Positions 41,044 to 51,645 of a DNA stretch of 64,000 nt are shown one piece after another. The stretch covers positions 384,001 through 448,000 of the forward strand of contig CAVPCT010000003.1 of assembly GCA_963702475.1 (NCBI GenBank), read 5' to 3'. A program made the translations under genes and the position numbers. This DNA is from an uncultured Thermoleophilia bacterium. Lineage in GTDB: Bacteria; Actinomycetota; Thermoleophilia; UBA2241. The notes beneath the pieces were generated by a model that had not been told where the DNA came from, did no database searches, and saw nothing but the letters and a program-made list of their open reading frames with translations. Every line of letters begins with the position of its first letter. The first letter of the stretch is position 1.

Positions 41044-42399
41044 TCAGTCCTCGCCGATGTCGTAGTCCTCGGTGAGGCTCAGGGGCAGGAACCGCGTGTA
41101 CTCGCGGTTGAAGCCCAGCCGTACGGTGCCCACACGTCCATGCCTGTTCTTCGCGACCTTGAGCTTGATGATGCCTTTGGACGCAGGGTCGCTCTGGTCT
41201 TCGTAGAGGAACAGGACGAGGTCGGCGTCCTGCTCGATGGCCCCCGACTCGCGCAGGTGCGAGAGGTGGGGCTCGCCACTCGCGCTCGACTCGGGGGAGC
41301 GGTTGAGCTGAGACACGGCGATGATGGGGACCTCCAGCTCGCGGGCCAGCTGCTTGAGCGACCGCGAGATGTTGGCGACCTCCTGCTGCCGGCTCTCGGC
41401 GCGCGAGTCGCCGGCCATGAGCTGCAGGTAGTCGACGATGATGAGAGCCGGCGGCGTCTTGGCGAACAGGCGCCGCGCCTTGGCGCGCAGCTCGAACAGG
41501 TTGAGGTCCGACGAGTCGTCGATGAAGATGTCGGCCTTCTCGAGCACGCCGGCCGCGGTGACGAGCTTGGCCATCTCCTCGCCGGTGAGCCGGGAGGTGC
41601 GCAGCTTGTGCGAGCTCACGCGGGCCTGCGAGCACATGAGGCGCTCGCACAGCTCCAGGGCGCTCATCTCGAGGCTGAAGACGGCCACCGGATGACCGTG
41701 GTCGACGGCCACGTTGTGGGCGATGTTGAGCGCCAGCGAGGTCTTGCCGACACCGGGCCGCGCAGCCAGCACGATGAGGTTGGTCTTCTGGAACCCGCCC
41801 GTGTAGTCGTCGAGGCCGTCGAAGCCGGTGGCGAGGCCGGTGATGCCGTCGCTCTCCTGGCCCTCCTGGATGCGCAGAAAGCTCTCCACGAGGACCTGCT
41901 TGAGGTGCTGGAACTCGGCCACCCGGCGTTGCTGCTGGATGACGAACACCTTCTGTTCTGCTCGGTCGAGGAGCTCGGCGGGAGTGCCGGGGTGCTGGTA
42001 CCCCAGTTCGGCGATCTCGTTGCCCGCCTTGATGAGCGCCCGCAGCACGCTCTGTTCACGGACGATGCCGGCGTAGTACACGGCGTTGGTGGCGGCCGGC
42101 ACGAACTCGGCGAGGGTGTGCACCAGCTCGCGACCGCCGGCCCGCTCGAGGATGCCCTCGCGCTCGAGCTGGGCGCTGAGCGTGACGACGTCGACCTCCT
42201 CGCCGCGCCTGTAGAGCTCGACGACGGCGCGGTAGATGAGACGGTGGGAGTCACGATAGAAGTCCTCGGCGACGAGCGACTCGGTGACCGCCGTGATGGC
42301 GTTGGGGTTGACGAGCATGGCGCCGAGCACAGACTGCTCGGCCTCCTGGTCGTGAGGTGGGAGGCGGATCATCGCCGTGTCGACGGGCTGGACGGCCAT
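41044..42399 (-). CDS. dnaB: Replicative DNA helicase
   Basis: PP..EAEQSVLG, ARPGVGKT, SLEM, DYLQL, LRESGAIEQDAD, KNRHG. Confidence 0.98.
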   Translation of the reverse strand: MAVQPVDTAMIRLPPHDQEAEQSVLGAMLVNPNAITAVTESLVAEDFYRDSHRLIYRAVVELYRRGEEVDVVTLSAQLEREGILERAGGRELVHTLAEFVPAATNAVYYAGIVREQSVLRALIKAGNEIAELGYQHPGTPAELLDRAEQKVFVIQQQRRVAEFQHLKQVLVESFLRIQEGQESDGITGLATGFDGLDDYTGGFQKTNLIVLAARPGVGKTSLALNIAHNVAVDHGHPVAVFSLEMSALELCERLMCSQARVSSHKLRTSRLTGEEMAKLVTAAGVLEKADIFIDDSSDLNLFELRAKARRLFAKTPPALIIVDYLQLMAGDSRAESRQQEVANISRSLKQLARELEVPIIAVSQLNRSPESSASGEPHLSHLRESGAIEQDADLVLFLYEDQSDPASKGIIKLKVAKNRHGRVGTVRLGFNREYTRFLPLSLTEDYDIGED

Positions 42400-42511
42400 G
42401 GGTGCTCCGGTCGCGGTGCGGGGTGGCTGGGTCTCGCAGTGTACACCCGATGATAGCCGTCCGAGGGGACGGCAGACGACGGCCGGCGAGCGCCTCGAGC
42501 GGGTCCGGGAC

Positions 42512-42551
42512 GACGACGGCGCCGGCGGCCGAGGCCGCCGGCGCCGTCGTC
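42512..42551 (-). terminator. Hairpin after rplI
   Basis: GACGACGGCGCCGGCGGCC-GA-GGCCGCCGGCGCCGTCGTC. Confidence 0.5.
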
Positions 42552-42575
42552 TCCGCGATCAGACGGGAGGGACCG

Positions 42576-43022
42576 CTACTCGGCGATGACGATGGTCTTG
42601 ACCGAGGCCACGAAGCCCTCGGCGAGCTCCACGTCGACCATGAAGGTGCCGAGCTCCTTGATGGGCTCCTCGAGCAGCACCTTGCGCTTGTCGACGGTGA
42701 AACCGCGGGCGTCCTTGATGGCGTCGGCGATGTCGGCGGCCGTGATGGAGCCGAACAGGTGACCGCCCTCACCCGCTTTGGCGCCGAGCGTGATGACGGT
42801 GCGGTTGAGCGTTGCCGTGAACTCCTCGGCCTGCACGGCCATGCGGGCCTCGCGCGCCTTGCGCTCTTCCTCGCGCCGGCGGAACTCGGCGATCTTGCCG
42901 GGCGTGGCCGGCTCGACCAGCTTGCGCGGGATCAGGTAGTTGCGGGCGTAGCCCTTGGCGACGTTGGCAAGAGAGCCCTTGTCGCCGAGGTTCTCGACGT
43001 CCTGGAGCAGGATGACCTCCAT
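42576..43022 (-). CDS. rplI: 50S ribosomal protein L9
   Basis: MEVILLQDV..LG, GYARNYLIP, LFGSIT. Confidence 0.98.
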   Translation of the reverse strand: MEVILLQDVENLGDKGSLANVAKGYARNYLIPRKLVEPATPGKIAEFRRREEERKAREARMAVQAEEFTATLNRTVITLGAKAGEGGHLFGSITAADIADAIKDARGFTVDKRKVLLEEPIKELGTFMVDVELAEGFVASVKTIVIAE

Positions 43023-43031
43023 CAGCCCTCC

Positions 43032-43295
43032 TCAGCTGTTGACGTTGGGCAGGAGCGCCATCTCGCGGGCGCGCTTGACCGCCACGGCGACCTGGATCTG
43101 GTGCCGGCGGCAGGTGCCGGTGACGCGGCGCGAACGGATCTTTCCGCGCTCCGACACGGTGCGACGCAGGGCGGCGAGGTCCTTGAAGTCGACCTCGTCG
43201 ATGTTCTCCTGACAGAAGTGACAGTACCGGTGAGAGGCACCGGCGGCGCCGGCCTTGGGCTTCTCGCGCCGGGGCTTGCTTGGTGAAACGGGCAT
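43032..43295 (-). CDS. rpsR: 30S ribosomal protein S18 (Zn-binding type)
   Basis: [28 protein letters not shown]. Confidence 0.97.
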   Translation of the reverse strand: MPVSPSKPRREKPKAGAAGASHRYCHFCQENIDEVDFKDLAALRRTVSERGKIRSRRVTGTCRRHQIQVAVAVKRAREMALLPNVNS

Positions 43296-43349
43296 GCGTG
43301 GTTTCTCTCCTCGGCGCCCGCGGGCGCCGTGCTCGTGCGACCCTGAGAC

Positions 43350-43820
43350 TCAGAAGGGGATGTCGTCGTCGTCCGCGAAGTCGGACGCCGGCGGGGATCC
43401 CAGGCCGGTGTCGTTGAACGTGGTGCCGCCGGTCTGACGCGCCGGTTGGCGGTTCCAGTCGCCGCCCTGGCCGCCACCGGCATCGCGCGGGCCGATGAAC
43501 TGGACCGAGTTGGCGACGATGCTGACGGCCGATCGCTTCTGGCCGTCCTGGGTCTCCCAGGAGCGCCAGCGCAGTCGCCCTTCGATGGCCACCTGGCGGC
43601 CCTTCGAAAGGTACTGGGCGCAGTTCTCCCCCTGCTGGCCGAAGACGTCGATGTCGAAGTAGTTGGGGCGTTCGCCCCACTCTCCGGTCGAGGGATCCTT
43701 GCTGCGCTCGTTCACGGCGATGCCGAGACGACAGACACTCGTGCCGCCCGGAGTGGCACGCAACTCAGGGTCGCGCGTCAGATTGCCGACGAGGACGACG
43801 ACATTGACTGAACCGGCCAC
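43350..43820 (-). CDS. ssb: Single-stranded DNA-binding protein
   Basis: VGNLTRDPELR, DDDIPF tail. Confidence 0.98.
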   Translation of the reverse strand: MAGSVNVVVLVGNLTRDPELRATPGGTSVCRLGIAVNERSKDPSTGEWGERPNYFDIDVFGQQGENCAQYLSKGRQVAIEGRLRWRSWETQDGQKRSAVSIVANSVQFIGPRDAGGGQGGDWNRQPARQTGGTTFNDTGLGSPPASDFADDDDIPF

Positions 43821-43847
43821 GGGGTCTCCCTTCGCTGAGAACGACGG

Positions 43848-44135
43848 CTAGGACTTCAGCCGGATGGTCTTGACCCGCAAGACCTCGTCAGTGATGCCCA
43901 GAACGCGCTCGACCTCGGCGAGAGTCTCGGGAGCGGCCGTGAACGTGATGACGGAGTAGACGCCTTCGGTCTCCTTCTTGATCTCGTAGGCCATCTTCTT
44001 CTTGCCCCACTCGTCGATGCCGGCTACTTGGCCTTTGCCCTTCTCGACGGTGGCGCGAAGACGCTCCACGATCTCTTTCTGGCGCTCCTCGTCCGCGTTC
44101 GGGTTCACGATGAGCATGAGCTCATACTTGTTGAT
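43848..44135 (-). CDS. rpsF: 30S ribosomal protein S6 (probable ATC start)
   Basis: NKYELMLIVNP, WG.KKMAYEIKK.TEG.Y; 95 aa if started at ATC 44135. Confidence 0.93.
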   Translation of the reverse strand: MNKYELMLIVNPNADEERQKEIVERLRATVEKGKGQVAGIDEWGKKKMAYEIKKETEGVYSVITFTAAPETLAEVERVLGITDEVLRVKTIRLKS

Positions 44136-44137
44136 CG

Positions 44138-44195
44138 CGATCACCTCCTGTGGTCTACGCGGCCCCAGCCGGTGTGCTGGAGCAGGGGTGACAAG
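44138..44195 (-). promoter_or_regulatory. rpsF (S6:S18) leader RNA
   Basis: CCCCTG-hairpin-GCCG...CCACAGGAGGT; CCTG can pair with the SD-adjacent CAGG. Confidence 0.65.
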
Positions 44196-44220
44196 CTGCC
44201 TCGTGGCAACGTGAAGGGGC

Positions 44221-44250
44221 ACTGTACCAGTCGCTGCAGGTCGCAGGCAA
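44221..44250 (-). promoter_or_regulatory. Sigma70-type promoter of the rpsF operon (TTGCCT-N18-TACAGT)
   Basis: Hexamers directly upstream of the leader. Confidence 0.5.
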
Positions 44251-44400
44251 ACTGTAGACGCTCGCCGTCCGGGACGCGAGGGTGACGCACGACCGGGACG
44301 GATGACGTTGCCGTGGGGGGCTCCCGTCTCGCCGACCGGGCCTGCGCCCCCGGCGCCGGCGGTCAGGTCTCCCGGGCGGAGTCGGGTCTACGCGTGCACC

Positions 44401-45330
44401 TCAGGTCTCTGCCGCGAGGCGGTGCCGGGCGGCGAGCCCCGTGTCCACCTCGCTGAGGACCAGCTCGCCGCCGGCCAGGCCGCCCACGTCCCACAGGGCG
44501 GCCAGGCGCGGCAGGCCCTTCTGGTCGGAGTGCATGTGCGCGAACACCGGCCGCGCGGCGGCCACGGTGGCGCGGGCCTCCTGCTGCTCCGTCCCGAAGG
44601 CGCGGACGACGGCGTCCACGAGGTGGCTCACGCTGTCGGCGCGTACAGTGGCGAGGCCGCCTACGTGGGGCTCGCTCGCCAGCAGGGTGAAGAACTCCCG
44701 CATCTCGGCGGCATGCATCTCGCCGACCACAAGACGGCCTGGAGTCATGCGCCACGCCTTGGCGAACAAGGCGGGGACGTCGGTGTCGTCGTCCACGCCG
44801 AGACGCACGCAGAAGGAGCGCTCCTTCAGGGAGGGGAGGTCCGGGCCGCGCTCGACGGTGACGAACCGTTCGTCCACCGGCACGAGCTCGAACAGCGAGT
44901 TCAGGAGGGTGGACTTGCCGGTGGCCCTGTCGCCGAAGATCACCAGCGTGCGACGCTCCCCGATCAGGCGCACGAGCGTGGCGGCCTGGCCGGCGGCCAG
45001 GGTGCCGCCGTCCACGAGACCGCGGAAGGTCGTGGAGAGCACGCCGGGCGGGCCGACCTCACCGGCGTACATCACCGAGGTGTGCGAGTACAGGGTCGCA
45101 CGCCGGGAGATGAAGTGGTCGAGGTAGGCGGAGACCTGCGTCTTGAGCAGGCCGCGGAGGATCTCGAGGTGTTCCCGGGCGGAGTCGCCGACGCGCGCTC
45201 GCGCGAGATCGTCGACGGCGTCGTCGATGTCCGTGAGCAGGCGCCCGCGAATCGTGCGGAGCGCATCCTGCGGGGTGTTCGGGCGTTCCGCGGGGCCTTG
45301 CTCGAGGGCTCCTCTGCGCTCGTGAGCCAT
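44401..45330 (-). CDS. Stand-alone CpaF/TadA-like ATPase C-domain with short helical N-domain
   Basis: GDRATGKSTLLN, ERFVTVE, RMTPGRLVVGEM. Confidence 0.7.
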   Translation of the reverse strand: MAHERRGALEQGPAERPNTPQDALRTIRGRLLTDIDDAVDDLARARVGDSAREHLEILRGLLKTQVSAYLDHFISRRATLYSHTSVMYAGEVGPPGVLSTTFRGLVDGGTLAAGQAATLVRLIGERRTLVIFGDRATGKSTLLNSLFELVPVDERFVTVERGPDLPSLKERSFCVRLGVDDDTDVPALFAKAWRMTPGRLVVGEMHAAEMREFFTLLASEPHVGGLATVRADSVSHLVDAVVRAFGTEQQEARATVAAARPVFAHMHSDQKGLPRLAALWDVGGLAGGELVLSEVDTGLAARHRLAAET

Positions 45331-45491
45331 CGCCGACCCCCGGGTCGACTCCACGCTGCCGTCATCTTCCCTCACGCCGTCCGCTCCTCTCCCGGTCTCC
45401 AGGTCGTTCCCCCCTATCGGCAGGTCCCACGCTCGAGTGGAGCACGTTCCGGCCGGGTGGCCCGGCGGGCCGTCGTCCGTGCGCCCGGCGG

Positions 45492-46271
45492 TTGGCCGTG
45501 GCGGCGCCTGTGGGTACAGTCACCGTAGTGGACAGGTCGACTCGAGACGGCCCGCGCGGCCACCGCTTCGCCGTGGCGATCGTCGGGCTGCTGGCGTTCG
45601 CCAGCGTCGTCTGCGTGGGCCTCTTCCTCTTCCGCTGGGCCTACACGCAGACCATCGCGTACTGGTTCCTCATCTGGAACCTGGCTCTCGCCTGGGTCCC
45701 CTTCGTCTTCGCCGGGCTGGCGTACGCGCTGTCGTCGTCGCGTCGCACCCTCACGTGGGTCCTGGTGGTCTGTGCCGCGCTGGTTTGGCTCCTCTTCTTC
45801 CCCAACGCTCCGTACATCCTCACGGACTTCCTGCACCTGGGGAGCATGGGTGACGCCATGCCCGGCTGGTATGACGTACTGATGCTGTACTGGTACTCGT
45901 GGACGGGCCTGCTTCTGGGGGTCGTCTCGCTCTACCTCATGCAAGAGATCGTGGCCAGGGGGCTGGGCCGCGCCGTGAGCTGGGCGTTCGTGGTCGCGGT
46001 GGCGCTGGCGGGGAGCCTGGGCATTTACGTCGGGCGCTTTCTGCGCTGGAACAGCTGGGACCTGCTGCGGCGGCCGGGGCCTCTGGCAGAGCAACTGGTG
46101 GGCAACGTCACAGACCCGGCGACACAGCCGCGGCTGCTGGGCTTCACCCTGCTGTTCACGGCGCTGTTCCTCTTCATCTACGCGGCCGTGTACATCTTCG
46201 CCAAGCTCGCCAAGCCGCGGCCCGGAGGCCGGCCCGCCGGGGGGCCGCCGGGGCCGAAGGACGGAGCCTGA
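45492..46271 (+). CDS. DUF1361 membrane protein
   Basis: FLIWNL.LAWVP, WLLFFPNAPYILTDF.HL, GIY.GRFLRWNSWD. Confidence 0.88.
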   Translation: MAVAAPVGTVTVVDRSTRDGPRGHRFAVAIVGLLAFASVVCVGLFLFRWAYTQTIAYWFLIWNLALAWVPFVFAGLAYALSSSRRTLTWVLVVCAALVWLLFFPNAPYILTDFLHLGSMGDAMPGWYDVLMLYWYSWTGLLLGVVSLYLMQEIVARGLGRAVSWAFVVAVALAGSLGIYVGRFLRWNSWDLLRRPGPLAEQLVGNVTDPATQPRLLGFTLLFTALFLFIYAAVYIFAKLAKPRPGGRPAGGPPGPKDGA

Positions 46272-46406
46272 GGCGGAGATCGAGCCCAGTCGCCGAGCCC
46301 CGCCACCGGACCGGGAGCCGGATCGCACCGGGCGCCGTTGCAGCGCCGGGAGGGCAAGCCTGCGAACTACTTGCCGCGCGCGAGCCCGGTGGCTACACTC
46401 GCGCGC

Positions 46407-46592
46407 ATGACCGCCGGCAACATCCCCCGTCTCATCGAGACCCTCAAGGCGCAGGCCGGGGACGAGAAGCGCCTTGCCTGCGCCGACGCCTTCAGGATCG
46501 CGCAGGACCTCGACGTGCCCCTCTCCGAGGTCGGGCACGCCTGCAACGAGCTGGGCATCAAGATGATGCAGTGCCAGCTCGGCTGCTTCTGA
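46407..46592 (+). CDS. Small conserved protein ending CQLGCF; probably leaderless
   Basis: L.C..AF.IA......VG..CNE.GIK...CQLGCF; TACACT 7 nt upstream. Confidence 0.8.
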   Translation: MTAGNIPRLIETLKAQAGDEKRLACADAFRIAQDLDVPLSEVGHACNELGIKMMQCQLGCF

Positions 46593-46802
46593 CGTCCGAG
46601 GGCTGAGGCGCCCGCCGTCCGCGCGGACGCGCGGACGGTCCGCGCATCCCTTCGGCGGGGCCATCAAAACACCACGTGTGCAGTGTTTTTCTGGCGGGCC
46701 ACCCGGGAAGAGCATCATCGAGACGAGTCCGCAGGTGACCGGTCAGCGCTGTCTTCGGTCCCTGCTCGAGCGGCCCGAGGAGGCCGCGGTGAGGTGAGAT
46801 CG

Positions 46803-48437
<1,635 letters not shown>

Positions 48438-48551
48438 CCCCGCACGGGCGGGGGCCTGGCCGTTCGGGTCCCCGCCCGTCAGGGTAGTGAGAGAGCGTGC
48501 GCCTGAGCCGCCGTCGAGTCAGGCGGAGACGACGAGGGGGAGGGAGCGAGC

Positions 48552-50075
<1,524 letters not shown>

Positions 50076-50170
50076 GGCCGAGAGGCTCGGACGGGCAAGC
50101 GGCCGGAGGCGCCGGGGCTGGGAGAGCCCGGAGCTCGGCCGGGAGCCACGAGGAAAGGAGGTTCGCGACA

Positions 50171-50200
50171 TTGAGTAACTTACGAGGTGCGGCGCGCTAG
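50171..50200 (+). CDS. Candidate 9-aa sORF (MSNLRGAAR) with strong SD
   Basis: AAAGGAGGT upstream of TTG 50171; stop embedded in a 16-bp stem. Confidence 0.35.
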   Translation: MSNLRGAAR

Positions 50201-50243
50201 ACGCCCCGCATGCGGTGAGCTCTAGCGCGCCGCACCATAGTCT

Positions 50244-50280
50244 GGGGCGGCGGGCCTTCGGGTCCGCCGCCCCTCTTTCG
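50244..50280 (+). terminator. Intrinsic terminator
   Basis: GGGGCGGCGGGCC-TTCG-GGTCCGCCGCCCC followed by TCTTTCGTT. Confidence 0.75.
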
Positions 50281-50493
50281 TTCCGGGCGCCGGTCCGGCC
50301 TTCGGCCCGCCGGCGCCCGCCGCGTGGCGCGCAAGCCGGCCCTTCCCGGCCGCGCGCCCAAGCGCTCGTCGCCGGCCCTCCGGCCCTCGGCAGGAGCTGG
50401 ATGGCCGTGGCCCTCCGGCAGTGACCGACCCGGCCGTCGTCCGGAGCGGGCCGTGGCGTCCCGCCGGACGGCTGTGCTAGGATGCCGCCAGTC

Positions 50494-50630
50494 CTACTCC
50501 AAGCCCTCCGCCCTACGGCACTCTGCTATGGGCGCCGGGCCGTACCACGGACAGACCGTGGGGCAGCGCGACTGCGCTGTCGTGGGCCCGCGGCGGAAAC
50601 GCCCGGACCTCCTCGTGCTTGGAAAGGAGC
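50494..50630 (+). ncRNA. Molybdenum-cofactor (Moco) riboswitch, P3-containing
   Basis: CTCCAAGC..CCTACGG..TATGG..GGCCG..[hairpins]..GGAAAC..CCTCCTCGT..TTGGAAAGGAG; SD in P1; TAGGAT -10 element at 50478. Confidence 0.8.
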
Positions 50631-50638
50631 AGAGGACG

Positions 50639-51065
50639 ATGACGCAGCTGACGCTGCCCCCGGCCGGGCTTGCGGCTGTACATGCACGGGACTCCCAATC
50701 GCTGCCGGCGACGGCGCCGCCGCAGCGGGCGTTCTTCGGCGACCTGCACGTCCACACCGGCGACTCCGAGGGGCGGGGCACCCCCGCCCGCGCCTACGCC
50801 GCGGCCAGAGTGGCCGGGGCAGACTCCCTCGCCGTCACCGAACACACCGACCTGGTTCGGTCCTGCCCGGTGGTCGGGCCAGCTGTCCGCGGCTGCGACG
50901 TCCGCGGACTTCGTGGCCTTGAGCGGCTACGAGGCGACGCTGAGCTGGGGTCACCTCAACGTGTACGGCACGGAGGCTTGGCCCGGAGACGACCATTTGG
51001 GGCGGCGGACGCCTGGACCGCACCCGTGTGGACCGGGGCCGTGAACGCTTCAGCGTCGAGTCCTG
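50639..51065 (+). pseudogene. Degraded PHP-family (CehA/McbA-like) metallohydrolase
   Basis: FFGDLHVHT..S.G...AVTEH in one frame, FVALSGYE....GHLNV in another, then the C-terminal AWTAPVW: frameshifts plus a large deletion. Confidence 0.7.
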
Positions 51066-51081
51066 ATCTCAAGGAGGAGCG

Positions 51082-51630
51082 ATGACCGAGACAGCATCGA
51101 GACTGAGCTGGCGGACGATAGGCCTGCTCGCGGCCGCCGCCGCCGTGGTTCTGGCCGTCAGCCTGTTCGTGGCGCTACGGCCTCCGGACGCGGTCCCCGC
51201 GGAGGGTCCCTACGCCGACCTGGTGCTCAAGGGCAAGCTGACCAAGCGCATCGCGTGGGCGGACCTCCCCGTCACGGTCTCCTGGGACGGCACCAAGGAC
51301 AGCGACATCCCCAAGGACCTGCAGGCCGTCTACAGGGGGCAGACGCTGTACAAGCTCATCGGCCTTGTGGACGACAAGAAGCCGGGGAGCTTCAACGTCG
51401 CTCTGGCCAGGAAGGGCTACAAGATCCGTCTTCTGGCGACCGACGGTTACAGCTGGGACATGGACAGCAAGGCGATCATCGGCAAGAAGACGTGGATCGT
51501 CGCGCGGCTCAAGAACGGCAAGCCGCTGCCGGACGGTGAAGGCCCGTATCGCGACGTCGGCTCGTTCATCAAGCACTTCTACGGTCGCGAGTCGGTCAAG
51601 ATGCTCACACGCATCCAGCTCGTGTTCTGA
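51082..51630 (+). CDS. Exported single-domain molybdopterin-oxidoreductase-like (SUOX-fold-like) protein
   Basis: N-terminal TM; YRGQTL.KLIGLVDD, ATDGY, IVA..KNGKPL..EGP. Confidence 0.7.
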   Translation: MTETASRLSWRTIGLLAAAAAVVLAVSLFVALRPPDAVPAEGPYADLVLKGKLTKRIAWADLPVTVSWDGTKDSDIPKDLQAVYRGQTLYKLIGLVDDKKPGSFNVALARKGYKIRLLATDGYSWDMDSKAIIGKKTWIVARLKNGKPLPDGEGPYRDVGSFIKHFYGRESVKMLTRIQLVF

Positions 51631-51645
51631 CGCAGGCTCCTCCGC

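Noticed and set aside
50085-50150. c-di-GMP-I riboswitch (GGGCAA motif)
   Set aside because: Lacks the GAAA tetraloop and GACGCAAAG consensus
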